Position numbers and translations under genes: made by a program
NCBI GenBank assembly: GCA_045807245.1
Contig: JBJMHS010000041.1
Span: 1-47,013, forward strand
Direction of reading: 5' to 3'
From: Actinomycetales bacterium
Lineage (GTDB): Bacteria > Actinomycetota > Actinomycetes > Actinomycetales > CAVURS01
Length of the DNA: 47,013 bases
The notes under the pieces: generated by a model
Database searches by the model: none
What the model saw: the letters and a program-made list of their open reading frames with translations, nothing else
What the model was told of the DNA's origin: nothing
In this document: positions 34,859 through 44,256 of the stretch, in pieces
How the letters are laid out: each line of letters starts with the position of its first letter
Numbering within the stretch: position 1 is the first letter of the stretch

Positions 34859-37800
34859 GACGTCACCCGCCGGCCCTCGGGCTGGACCGGGCAGCTCGCC
34901 CGGGCCGGGCACCTGCGGCAGTGCGGGCCCTCACGCGCCTCGAACACCGCGCCGGCCATGCCGTCGGCGACCTCGACCAGCAGCTCGCGGGCCCAGCTCG
35001 GGCCGGCCGGCAGGGCCGGCTGAACCCGCACGGCGGCCTTCTGCGTCGGCGTACCGAGGTAGACCAGCTCGGCCCCGCCGCTCACCGCGGTCTCGCCGCC
35101 GAACGCACCCTCCTGTACGGCCAGCTGGTAGATGCCGAGCTGCGGGTTCTGCTCGCCGTCCGCGACGGAGACGGCGTACTTGCCGGTCTTCAGGTCGGCG
35201 ACGAGCAGCGACCCGTCGGGGAGGCGTTCGAGCCGGTCCAGCCGGCCGGTGACCACAGCCCGGCCGATCTCGACCTGCACCTCCTGCTCGGCGCCGACCA
35301 GGGCGCGGCCCGCCTGCCGGGCGGCCGCGTAGTAGCCCGCCAGCTTGGCCACCATGCGGTCCGCTCGCTCGCGTTGGACATCGGTGAGCCAGCTCGGCGG
35401 CAGGCCCAGCTCGGGCCAGCGGCGGCGCAGTTCGGCGGTCAGGGTCGTCTCGTCGGCGTCCGGGTAGGTCGAGGCGATGTCGTGCACGAGCACCCCGACG
35501 TTCTGGGCGAAGTTCGCGGGCACGGTGCCGCCGGACGTCTCGAGCAGCCAGCGCAGGGAGCACTGGTCGAAGCCGTCCACCCGCGACGGCGAGACCCGCA
35601 CCGAGGCGTCGGGGGCGATCAACGGGGCGTCGTCGGTGAGCTCGGCCAGGCCGTGCCACTCGTCCGGGTCGGCGCCCGCCACCCCGGCCGCCGCCAAGCG
35701 CGCCAGCGCGGTGGCTGCCGCGTCCGCGATCGCCGGCGGCTGCTCCTCGTCGCCGACGACCTGCCGCAGGCGCGCGACGACCGCCGGTAGCGTGAGGGCG
35801 CGCGTCAGTGGGCTGGGCAGGCGCTCGTCGTCCGAGATCCCTTGGGCCGCAGTGCTTTCCGGCGGTACGACGAGATCGACCAGGCCGCTGGGCTGCTCGT
35901 CGTCGCCGGAGACCGCCGTCACGACCAGTGTCTCGGTGGACCGGCTGACCGCGACATGGAAGAGCCTGAGCTCCTCCTGCCGGACGGCGTCCTGGGCCGC
36001 CCGGAGCGCCTCGGCGGTGCCGTCGCCGTGACCGGCCAGGACGTCGACCAGCGCCTGCGAGCCGAGCAGGGACCCGCGCAGCCGGGTGTCCGGCCAGACG
36101 CCGATCTGCACGCCCGCGACGACGACGAGCCGCCACTCACGACCGCCCGCTCCCTGCGGGGTCAGCAAGGCCACGGCCTCGTCGGCCGGTGCGCGCTCCA
36201 CGAGCGTGTCAGCGGGCACCTCCTGCCCGCGCAGATGGTCGAGGAACGCGGCCGGTCCGACCTGGGGGAGGCGGTCGACGTACCGCGCGGCCGCATCGAA
36301 GAGCGCGACCACCGCGTCCAGGTCGCGGTCGGCTCGCACGCCCGCGGGACCTCCGGCGAGCGCGGTACGGCGCCACGGCTCGGCCAGACCCGCCGCGGAC
36401 CAGAGGGCCCACAGCACCGTCTCCGCCGTGGCCTCCGCCGCCGTCGCCGCGGCCCGGCCCGCAGCCAGGATGCGCGCTACGCGGCGGGCGGGCATCCCGA
36501 CCCGGCCCGGCAGCGTGGCCACCCGGTCGACGTCCGCGACGGCTTCGACGAGCAGGTCGTCCGAGGACCGGCCGCCACCGCCGTCCCGCTCCTCGGTGCG
36601 CAGGGCACGGCGCAGCCGCCGCAGGGCCACGCTGTCGGCCCCGCCGAGCGGCGAGCCCAGCAGGCGCAGGGTCAGCTCCAGGTCCAGCCGGCCCGGTTCG
36701 AGGCTGACCTCGAACGCGTCCAGCAGCGGGGTCACGGCGGCCTCGTCGCGCACGGGAACCTCGGTGGCGGGGACGAGCACCGGCACGCCCGACGTACCGA
36801 GCACGCGGCGCAGGATCGCCGCCCGCGCAGTGCCGCGGACGACGACCGCCATCTCGCTCCACGGCACGCCGTGCTGGAGGTGGGCGCGCCGGAGCAGGCC
36901 GGCGATGAACGCCGCCTCCTGGCCGGCCGAGCCGAGGAAGTGGACCTCGACGTCCCCTCGGGGGGCGTCCGGGCGAACGGCCGGCCGCCGGTGTGCCCCC
37001 GTCCCGGCCGTGCCGATGTGGCCGGCGACCCGCTGGGCGACGGACCGCAACGCGGAGCCGTGCCGCCAGCAGGTGCGCAGGACGACGGTCGGGACAGCGT
37101 CACCGGGACGGGCGAACTCCTCGACGCCATCGGCGAGCAGGGTGGGGTCAGCACCCCGGAAGCCGAGGGTCGCAGCGTCCGGGTCGCCGGCCAGGAGCAG
37201 CTCGCCGCCGAGGCCGACGAGCGTGGCCAGCAACGCGGCGACGGCCGGGGTCATCTCCTGGGCGTCGTCGACGGCCACGAACCGCGCGACCGAGCGCACC
37301 GACTCCAGGAGCGCCTCGTCCTCGGCCAGCACGCGCTCGGCGGCCGACACGATCATCGCCGGGTCGAACGCGTTCGGCGCATCGAGGGCCGTAACCTCCT
37401 CGTACTCCTCGAGCATCTGGCCGGCGGCGACCCACTCGGGGCGGCCGTGGCGCCGGCCCAGCTCGGCCAGGTCGTCCGGTCCGAGCCCGCGCTCGACGGC
37501 GCGCATGAGCAGGTCGCGCAGCTCGGTGCGGAACCCGCGAGTTCGCAAGGCGGCCCGGACCTCGTCCGGCCAGTCCGGGGGGCGACCGGCACCCGCCACG
37601 TGCCCGGCCAGCAGGTCGCGCAGCTTGACGTCCTGCTCCGGGCCGGACAGCAGCCGCGGGGCCTCGAGCCCGTCCAGCGCCGCGGCGCGGCGCAGGATGC
37701 CGAAGGCCAGTGAGGCCGGCGTCCGGGCCAGCGGCTCGCGCACGGTGCGGCCGAGCCGGGCGGTGATGCGTTCGCGCAGGGCCGCAGCCGCGAGCCGGGT

Positions 37801-38025
37801 CGGGGCGAGCACGAGGATCTCGTCCGGGGTCAACCCGTCGCGCCGGACCCGGTCCACGACCGCCTCGACGACCGTCGTCGTGACCCCGGTGCCGGGCGCG
37901 CCCAGCAGGCGCAGCGGGCCGCCCCGATGCGCGACGGCCGCCTGCTGCTCGGGGTCCAGCTGCGGGACCGGCGGAGCCGGGCGCACCCCGCGCAGGAGCC
38001 TGATGCTGGGGCCTGTCGACGACAC
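34855..38025 (-). CDS. adnA: AdnA helicase-nuclease subunit
   Basis: Degenerate Walker A GAPGTGVTT, GRLDRLE...DLKTG and Fe-S Cys (QC...HCRRCPARASC). Start is GTG 38025 or 38037. Confidence 0.9.
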   Translation of the reverse strand: MSSTGPSIRLLRGVRPAPPVPQLDPEQQAAVAHRGGPLRLLGAPGTGVTTTVVEAVVDRVRRDGLTPDEILVLAPTRLAAAALRERITARLGRTVREPLARTPASLAFGILRRAAALDGLEAPRLLSGPEQDVKLRDLLAGHVAGAGRPPDWPDEVRAALRTRGFRTELRDLLMRAVERGLGPDDLAELGRRHGRPEWVAAGQMLEEYEEVTALDAPNAFDPAMIVSAAERVLAEDEALLESVRSVARFVAVDDAQEMTPAVAALLATLVGLGGELLLAGDPDAATLGFRGADPTLLADGVEEFARPGDAVPTVVLRTCWRHGSALRSVAQRVAGHIGTAGTGAHRRPAVRPDAPRGDVEVHFLGSAGQEAAFIAGLLRRAHLQHGVPWSEMAVVVRGTARAAILRRVLGTSGVPVLVPATEVPVRDEAAVTPLLDAFEVSLEPGRLDLELTLRLLGSPLGGADSVALRRLRRALRTEERDGGGGRSSDDLLVEAVADVDRVATLPGRVGMPARRVARILAAGRAAATAAEATAETVLWALWSAAGLAEPWRRTALAGGPAGVRADRDLDAVVALFDAAARYVDRLPQVGPAAFLDHLRGQEVPADTLVERAPADEAVALLTPQGAGGREWRLVVVAGVQIGVWPDTRLRGSLLGSQALVDVLAGHGDGTAEALRAAQDAVRQEELRLFHVAVSRSTETLVVTAVSGDDEQPSGLVDLVVPPESTAAQGISDDERLPSPLTRALTLPAVVARLRQVVGDEEQPPAIADAAATALARLAAAGVAGADPDEWHGLAELTDDAPLIAPDASVRVSPSRVDGFDQCSLRWLLETSGGTVPANFAQNVGVLVHDIASTYPDADETTLTAELRRRWPELGLPPSWLTDVQRERADRMVAKLAGYYAAARQAGRALVGAEQEVQVEIGRAVVTGRLDRLERLPDGSLLVADLKTGKYAVSVADGEQNPQLGIYQLAVQEGAFGGETAVSGGAELVYLGTPTQKAAVRVQPALPAGPSWARELLVEVADGMAGAVFEAREGPHCRRCPARASCPVQPEGRRVTS

Positions 38026-38032
38026 GCTGCTG

Positions 38033-38054
38033 ATCACATCACGCCGTACCGACG
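38033..38054 (-). promoter_or_regulatory. PafBC / RecA-NDp-type promoter of adnAB
   Basis: cGTCGG-N10-TGTGAT, 7 nt, then GTG. Confidence 0.5.
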
Positions 38055-38076
38055 GGGCACCGTCGCAGCGCCGTCG

Positions 38077-38394
38077 CTAGCTGCCGTCCCAGCGGGCCCT
38101 GGCCATGTCGACCCGGGTGCCGCCCCGACGCAGCGGCGTCCGTTCCCGCCGGTACGCCGCGACGGCCCGGGCCTCGTGCCCCGGGAGGAAGGTGCCGTCG
38201 GCCCGCAGCACCCGCCACCAGGGCACGCCGCTGCCGAAGTGCGACATGACCCAGCCGACCTGGCGCGGACCGCCGGCGCCGAGGAACTCGGCCACGTCGC
38301 CGTAGCTCATGACCCGCCCGGCCGGGATCCGCTCCACGACCTCCAGGACGTCGAGCGCGTACGGCGGGGGCTCCAGCCCCCCGGTCGCCGGCAC
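38077..38394 (-). CDS. Alkyltransferase-like (ATL / MGMT family) protein
   Basis: IPAGRVMSYGDVA and GPRQVG; PWWRV has Trp in place of the catalytic Cys. Confidence 0.9.
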   Translation of the reverse strand: MPATGGLEPPPYALDVLEVVERIPAGRVMSYGDVAEFLGAGGPRQVGWVMSHFGSGVPWWRVLRADGTFLPGHEARAVAAYRRERTPLRRGGTRVDMARARWDGS

Positions 38395-38403
38395 GGTTAG
38401 GGC

Positions 38404-39624
38404 TCAGTACGTCGGCAGGCTGGGGTCGACGTCCTGCACCCAGGCGAGCACCCCGCCGTCGACGTGCGCCGCGTCCGGATGTCCGGCAGCGCGGAGCAGG
38501 CGCAGGCACTCGGACGAGCGGAGGCCGGACCGGCAGTGCAAGATGATTCGTTTGTCGAATGGCAACTGTTGCCATGCATGGCCGCTGTAGAAGTCAGCCT
38601 TCGGTACGGCGACGGCACCGGGAATCGTCACGATCTCGCGCTCCCCGGGCTCACGGACGTCGACCAGGACGAAGTCGTCGCGGCCGGCCGCGCGAGCCGC
38701 CAGCAGATCGGCCAGCTCCCGGGCGGTCACCGAGTCGTCCGAGTGGCCGTTCTGCGAGCCGCCAACGGTCACCTCCTCGAAATCCCCTGCGCCGGAAGGG
38801 ATCCCGCAGAACCCGTCGTAGTCGATCAGCTCCGTCACGGTCGGCTCGGCCCCGCAGACCGCACAACGAGGGTCGGCCTCGACCTGGATCTCGCGCCAGG
38901 TCGCGCGGAGGGCGTCGTGCACCATCAGCCGGCCGACCAGGGGCGTCCCGGCACCGGTGAGGAGCTTGACCACCTCGCTGGCCTGCAGCGAACCGATCGC
39001 CGCACACAGGACGCCGAGCACGCCGCCCTCCGCGCACGACGGCACCAGCCCCGGCGGCGGCGGCTCCGGGAAGATGCAGCGGTAGCACGGGCCGTGTCCG
39101 GCGAACCACACGCTGGCCTGGCCGTCGAAGCGGTACACCGAGCCCCACACGCACGGGATGCCGAGCAGCACGCAGGCGTCGTTGACCAGGTACCGGGTGG
39201 GGAAGTTGTCGCTGCCGTCGACGACGAGGTCGTACCCGGACAGCACCTCGAGCGCGTTGGCCGAGTCCAGCCGGACGGCATGGGTGCGGATCTCCACCAG
39301 CGGGTTCACCTCGGCGACCCGCTCGCGGGCCGACTCGACCTTGAGCCGGCCGACGTCCCTCGCGGCGTGGACGACCTGGCGCTGCAGGTTCGACTCCTCG
39401 ACGACGTCCGGGTCCACGATGCCGATCGTGCCGACGCCGGCGGCGGCCAGGTAGAGCAGCGCCGGCGAGCCCAGCCCCCCTGCTCCGACCACGAGCACTC
39501 GGGCGTTCTTGAGCCGGCGTTGGCCGATCCCACCGACGTCGGGCACGAGCAGGTGGCGGGCGTACCGCCGTACCTCCTCGGTCGTGAGGTCGGCCGCGGG
39601 CTCGACGAGGGGCGCGAGGCTCAT
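38404..39624 (-). CDS. moeZ: Adenylyltransferase/sulfurtransferase MoeZ (MoeB + rhodanese)
   Basis: RYARHL, GAGGLG, SNLQRQ, CYRC, PSCAEGGVLG and the rhodanese motif HCRSGLRS. Confidence 0.95.
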   Translation of the reverse strand: MSLAPLVEPAADLTTEEVRRYARHLLVPDVGGIGQRRLKNARVLVVGAGGLGSPALLYLAAAGVGTIGIVDPDVVEESNLQRQVVHAARDVGRLKVESARERVAEVNPLVEIRTHAVRLDSANALEVLSGYDLVVDGSDNFPTRYLVNDACVLLGIPCVWGSVYRFDGQASVWFAGHGPCYRCIFPEPPPPGLVPSCAEGGVLGVLCAAIGSLQASEVVKLLTGAGTPLVGRLMVHDALRATWREIQVEADPRCAVCGAEPTVTELIDYDGFCGIPSGAGDFEEVTVGGSQNGHSDDSVTARELADLLAARAAGRDDFVLVDVREPGEREIVTIPGAVAVPKADFYSGHAWQQLPFDKRIILHCRSGLRSSECLRLLRAAGHPDAAHVDGGVLAWVQDVDPSLPTY

Positions 39625-39645
39625 GTCACCAGGGTGCGGCATGGG

Positions 39646-40383
39646 TCACGGGTAGGGCCAGGCGTTGGGCCGGCAGGGCGCGACGCCCTTGGTCTGCTGC
39701 TGCATGACGGGGGCCAGGGCACCGGCGCGCGGGCAGGTGAGGTGCCCGTGGCCGAGGACGTGCCCCACCTCGTGGTTGACGACGTACTGCCGGTACTGGG
39801 TCAGGCTGTCGAACTCGCTCTGTCCGTTGAACCAGCGGTACGACGTCAGGATCGCGTACTGCCCTTCGCTGCAGGACAGGCGGCCGTACGTCACGAGCGG
39901 CCGGCACAGTGCGGCGGACGTCGTCGGGCTGGCCAGCCGCAGGACGACCTGCGCCGGGCCGTCGGTGCGGGCGAAGGTGACCGTGCCGTCGTGCCCCCAG
40001 CTGCGCGAGTCGTTGAGCGTCGTCATGACGAACGCGGCGAAGGCTCCGGCGTCGACCGGGACTCCGCCCTCGACCTCGACCCGGACAGTGCGGACGGTGC
40101 CGCGGCCCGGGGCCTTGACGCGGCCCGGGACGACGGCGAACCGCCCGCTGCCCGTGGTCGGGTCGCCGGCCGCGGGGGCCGGCAGGGCCTGGGGAGCTGC
40201 GGGCACCACGGCGCGGGCCGTCGAGGGTGGCGGTGAAGGTGTCGGTCTCTTGGCGGACGCCGCCGTCGCCGACGGCTCCGGACGTGCTCCATCGCCGCGG
40301 CACGCGGCGCTCAGGGCGAGGACGAGGACCGCGCTCAGGAGGGCTGCCACAGGGGTTGAGGCGGAGCGACCGCGGCCCGGCAC
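39646..40383 (-). CDS. DUF3152 domain lipoprotein / metalloprotease
   Basis: Lipobox-like LSAAC, TLNDSRSW, YRQYVVNHEVGHVLGH and APVMQQQT. Confidence 0.9.
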   Translation of the reverse strand: MPGRGRSASTPVAALLSAVLVLALSAACRGDGARPEPSATAASAKRPTPSPPPSTARAVVPAAPQALPAPAAGDPTTGSGRFAVVPGRVKAPGRGTVRTVRVEVEGGVPVDAGAFAAFVMTTLNDSRSWGHDGTVTFARTDGPAQVVLRLASPTTSAALCRPLVTYGRLSCSEGQYAILTSYRWFNGQSEFDSLTQYRQYVVNHEVGHVLGHGHLTCPRAGALAPVMQQQTKGVAPCRPNAWPYP

Positions 40384-40388
40384 GCGAC

Positions 40389-40395
40389 TACGATG
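40389..40395. promoter_or_regulatory. Shared bidirectional -10 element
   Basis: TACGAT (+) overlaps CATCGT (-); each is followed by 6 nt and then a start codon. Confidence 0.6.
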
Positions 40396-40400
40396 CCACG

Positions 40401-41072
40401 ATGACCGAGACGGCCGGCCGCGGCACGCGCCTGCCGCGGACCGCCCGGCGGGCCCAGCTGCTGGGGGCGGCCCAGGAGGTCTTCGTCCAGCAGGGCTACC
40501 ACGCCGCCGCCATGGACGACATCGCCGACCGGGCCGGCGTCTCGAAACCCGTGCTCTACCAGCACTTCCCGAGCAAGCTCGAGCTCTACCTGGCCCTCCT
40601 TGACCAGCGTTCGGGCGACCTCATCGAGGCCGTCCGCGGTGCCCTCGCGTCGACGCACGACAACAAGCAGCGCGTCGAGGCGACCATCGCGGCGTACTTC
40701 GAGTTCGTGGACCGCGACGGGGCGCCGTTCCGGCTGGTCTTCGAGTCGGACCTGACCAACGAGCCCGCCGTCCGCGAACGGGTCGACCGGGTCAACAAGC
40801 AGTGCGCCGAGGCCATCGCGGGCGTGATCGCGGAGGACACCGGCCTGCAGCCGGAGCAGGCCACGCTGCTCGGCACGGCGCTGACCGGCATGGCCCAGGT
40901 GACCGCGCGGTACTGGCTCACCGGCAACGGCACCATCCCGCGCGAGGAGGCGGCGCGGCTCGTGGCCCAGCTGTCCTGGCGAGGTCTGGGAGCCTTCCCG
41001 CTGACCGGGACGCTCGCCCCGGCCGGAACGCCGAGCGCGAACACGGAACACCACCCGCACGGGAACGGTTAG
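40401..41072 (+). CDS. TetR/AcrR family regulator (Rv3208-like)
   Basis: GYHAAAMDDIADRAGVSKPVLYQHFPSK HTH. Confidence 0.95.
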   Translation: MTETAGRGTRLPRTARRAQLLGAAQEVFVQQGYHAAAMDDIADRAGVSKPVLYQHFPSKLELYLALLDQRSGDLIEAVRGALASTHDNKQRVEATIAAYFEFVDRDGAPFRLVFESDLTNEPAVRERVDRVNKQCAEAIAGVIAEDTGLQPEQATLLGTALTGMAQVTARYWLTGNGTIPREEAARLVAQLSWRGLGAFPLTGTLAPAGTPSANTEHHPHGNG

Positions 41073-41123
41073 CCTTCCCGCCGGAGCACCCGCGAACGAA
41101 CCAGCACCAACGAGAGGACGACC

Positions 41124-41348
41124 GTGGAGGTCAAGATCGGCGTACGCAACGTCGCGCGCGAGATCACCCTGGAGTCGGCCCAGTCGGCCGATGAGGTCGC
41201 CGCAGCCGTCGACGCGGCCCTGAAGAGCGGTACGACGCTGAGCCTGACCGACGACAAGGGCCGCGTGGTGGTCGTACCGGCGAACGTCCTCGGCTACGTC
41301 GAGATCGGCGCGCCCGAGGGTCGCAAGGTCGGGTTCGGCGCGATCTGA
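41124..41348 (+). CDS. DUF3107 family protein (TB9.4-like)
   Basis: MEVKIGV...LTDDKGR...YVEIG...RKVGF. Confidence 0.93.
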   Translation: MEVKIGVRNVAREITLESAQSADEVAAAVDAALKSGTTLSLTDDKGRVVVVPANVLGYVEIGAPEGRKVGFGAI

Positions 41349-41455
41349 CGGAGGCCGGTCCCCGATCCCGCCTCGGATGGCGGGGTGTGTCGGCGCATGA
41401 CACGCTCGACCCAATCGCCTGGCGGCCGGCTGGGTCAGTTCGAGAGGTCACTCGC

Positions 41456-41734
41456 GTGCACACCCTTGGCATCATCATCGGGACGATCATCTTCGGTGCG
41501 ATCATCGGCGTACTGGCCCGACTCGTGCTGCCCGGGCGGCAGAGGGTCAGCGTCGTCATGACGATCGTCATAGGGATCATCGGCGCGCTGCTCGGCTACT
41601 GGCTGGCCGGCATCCTCGGCGTCAACGACACCAAGGGGATCGACTGGATCCGCTGGGTCATCAGCATCGCCGTCGCAGCCGTCCTGGTCGTGGGCTTCGA
41701 GCGGATCAGCGCGTCGCGCGGCGCGAAGGTCTGA
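41456..41734 (+). CDS. GlsB/YeaQ/YmgE family stress membrane protein
   Basis: IIGVLARLVLPGRQ and GIDWIRW. Confidence 0.88.
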   Translation: MHTLGIIIGTIIFGAIIGVLARLVLPGRQRVSVVMTIVIGIIGALLGYWLAGILGVNDTKGIDWIRWVISIAVAAVLVVGFERISASRGAKV

Positions 41735-41767
41735 CGAGCCGGCCAGCCCCCTCAGGGCATCAGCTGG

Positions 41768-42463
41768 TCAGGGCGTCAGCCCGAGCCGTTGCATGCGGCT
41801 CGAGTGCTCGTCCGTGATCCGGGCGAACATGCGGGCCAGCTCGGCCAGGTCGGCTCCGGGGAACGCTCCCCCGCCGACGAGCAGCGTCACGAGCGCGTCC
41901 CGCTCGGCGGCGACCTGCTGGGCCTGGGACAGCGCCTCGCCGACCAGCCGGCGCCCCCACAGAGCCAGCCGTCCGGAGACCGAGGGGTCGGCCTTCGTCG
42001 CGGCCAGCACCGCCTCGACCACGAAGTCGTCGTGGCCCATGTCGTCCAGCACGGAGAGCATCAGCTCGCGCGTCCCCGGGTCCACGAACGCGCTGATCTC
42101 CCGGTAGAAGTCGCTGGCGATGCCATCGCCGACGAACGCCTTGACCAGCCCCTCGAGCCAGGTCTTCGGTGCCGTCCGGTTGTGGAACGCGTCGAACGGC
42201 GCGACAAACGGCTCCATCGCGCTGCGCGGGTCGACGCCGAGCTCGCGCAGGCGGGCCTCGATCCGCTCGTAGTGGCCGAACTCGGTGACCGCGACCCGCG
42301 CGAGCGACGCCTTGCCCTCGAGCGTCGGGGCGAGCTCGGCGTCACCCGCCAGGCGCGAGAAGGCGGTCAGCTCGCCGTACGCCAGCCCGCCGAGCAGGTC
42401 GATGATCGCTTCGCGGTACGCCGGCTCGTCGAAGGGGTCCGCCGACGAGTCAGGCTCCGTCAT
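41768..42463 (-). CDS. Ferritin-like fold (MiaE_2) protein (Rv3210c-like)
   Basis: DLLGGLAYGELTAFSRLA, WLEGLVKA and GRLALWGRRLVGEAL. Confidence 0.9.
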   Translation of the reverse strand: MTEPDSSADPFDEPAYREAIIDLLGGLAYGELTAFSRLAGDAELAPTLEGKASLARVAVTEFGHYERIEARLRELGVDPRSAMEPFVAPFDAFHNRTAPKTWLEGLVKAFVGDGIASDFYREISAFVDPGTRELMLSVLDDMGHDDFVVEAVLAATKADPSVSGRLALWGRRLVGEALSQAQQVAAERDALVTLLVGGGAFPGADLAELARMFARITDEHSSRMQRLGLTP

Positions 42464-42653
42464 GGCGAACAACCTAGTCGGGACGGCCAGGGCGTCCGGA
42501 CCGGCACACCCGGTCCTGACCGGTAGACTGGCCGGGTTAAAGGATGACCGGTCGTTGCTGCGAACCCGATCGGCTTCCATCGCAGCAGGTGCGGCCCGCC
42601 GAGGAGTGACTCCTCAACCGGCGTGTGGCCCCAGCACAAACGGAAAGTCCACT

Positions 42654-44255
42654 GTGACCGAGACCAGAACCTTTGCCGACTTCGACGTGCATCCAGACAT
42701 CGTCGCCGCACTGTCCGACGCCGGCATCGTCAACCCCTTCCCCATCCAGGCCATGACCTTGCCCGTCGCCCTCTCCGGGCACGACATCATCGGCCAGGCC
42801 AAGACCGGCACCGGCAAGACGCTCGGCTTCGGGATCCCGCTGCTGCAGCAGACGGCCACCCCGGGCGACGCCGAGTACGACGCACTGCCGGCACCCGGCA
42901 AGCCGCAGGCCCTCGTGGTCGCCCCGACCCGCGAGCTCGCCGTCCAGGTGGCGCGTGACCTCGAGGTCGCGGGCGCCAAGCGCGGTGCCCGCGTGCTGAC
43001 CGTCTACGGCGGGCGCGCGTACGAGCCACAGGTCGAGGCGCTCAAGCGGGGCGTCGACGTCGTCGTGGGGACACCGGGCCGGCTGATCGACCTGGCCAAC
43101 CAGGGCTACCTGCAGCTGGGCTACGTACGCGGCGTCGTTCTCGACGAGGCCGACGAGATGCTCGACCTCGGCTTCCTGCCCGACGTCGAGAAGCTGCTCA
43201 GCCAGACGCCGGCATCGCGGCAGACCATGTTGTTCTCCGCGACCATGCCCGGTGCGGTCGTCGCACTGGCCCGGCGTTACATGACGCAGCCGACGCACAT
43301 CCGCGCCATCGACCCCTCCGACGACGGCCAGACCGTCAAGGCGATCGAGCAGTTCGTCTACCGCGCGCACGCGATGGACAAGGTCGAGCTGCTGGCCCGG
43401 CTGCTGCAGGCCAAAGGCCGGGGCCTGACCATGATCTTCTCCCGCACCAAGCGCACCGCCGCCAAGGTCTCCGACGAGCTGGCCTCGCGCGGCTTCGCGG
43501 CCGCGGCCATCCACGGCGACCTGGGCCAGGGGGCTCGCGAGCAGGCGATGCGCGCGTTCCGCAGCGGCAAGGTCGACATCCTGGTCGCGACGGACGTCGC
43601 CGCCAGAGGCATCGACGTCGAGGACGTCACGCACGTCATCAACTACCAGTGCCCCGAGGACGAGAAGACCTACCTCCACCGGATCGGCCGCACCGGACGA
43701 GCCGGCCGGGCCGGTATCGCCGTCACGCTGGTCGACTGGGACGACCTGCCGCGCTGGTCCCTCATCAACAAGGGGCTCGACCTGGGCATCCCCGAGCCGC
43801 AGGAGACCTACAGCAACTCCGAGCACCTGTTCATCGACATGGAGATCCCCGTCGGCACCGGGGCGACGCTGCCCGGCTCGCAGCAGGTCCGGGCCGGGCT
43901 GGACGCCGAAGAGGTCGAGGACCTGGGCGAGACCGGACGCAAGGGCGGCGCACCGCGTGGGCGAGCGAGCGGGCCGCCCGCGGGGCGGGGCCGCTCGGGC
44001 GAGCGCGACAGCCGAGGGTCCGACGGACACGGCGGCGAAAGCCGCGGTGCCGGACGCTCCCGGTCGCGCACCCGCCGCACGCACGGTGGCGCCGAAGCCG
44101 AGGCCGGCAGCGAGCGCGCCGACGCGCCCGCGGCGGACGGCACCACCGGCAGTGAGCGAGCCGGCTCGGCCGGACGGCCGCGCAACCGGCGCCGCCGTCG
44201 TACCCGCGGTGGTTCCGGCGGCGGGTCGGCACCCGAGAGCCCGGCCGCCTCCTAG
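42654..44255 (+). CDS. rhlE: DEAD-box RNA helicase (RhlE-like)
   Basis: AKTGTGKT, PTREL, DEAD, SAT, HRIGRTGR and an Arg/Gly-rich tail. Confidence 0.93.
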   Translation: MTETRTFADFDVHPDIVAALSDAGIVNPFPIQAMTLPVALSGHDIIGQAKTGTGKTLGFGIPLLQQTATPGDAEYDALPAPGKPQALVVAPTRELAVQVARDLEVAGAKRGARVLTVYGGRAYEPQVEALKRGVDVVVGTPGRLIDLANQGYLQLGYVRGVVLDEADEMLDLGFLPDVEKLLSQTPASRQTMLFSATMPGAVVALARRYMTQPTHIRAIDPSDDGQTVKAIEQFVYRAHAMDKVELLARLLQAKGRGLTMIFSRTKRTAAKVSDELASRGFAAAAIHGDLGQGAREQAMRAFRSGKVDILVATDVAARGIDVEDVTHVINYQCPEDEKTYLHRIGRTGRAGRAGIAVTLVDWDDLPRWSLINKGLDLGIPEPQETYSNSEHLFIDMEIPVGTGATLPGSQQVRAGLDAEEVEDLGETGRKGGAPRGRASGPPAGRGRSGERDSRGSDGHGGESRGAGRSRSRTRRTHGGAEAEAGSERADAPAADGTTGSERAGSAGRPRNRRRRRTRGGSGGGSAPESPAAS

Positions 44256-44256
44256 C

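Noticed and set aside
31340..38080. Long + strand ORFs of 885, 623 and 664 aa
   Set aside because: Antisense shadows of adnAB with no recognisable motifs. The same applies to most other overlapping Arg/Pro/Gly-rich ORFs in the track.
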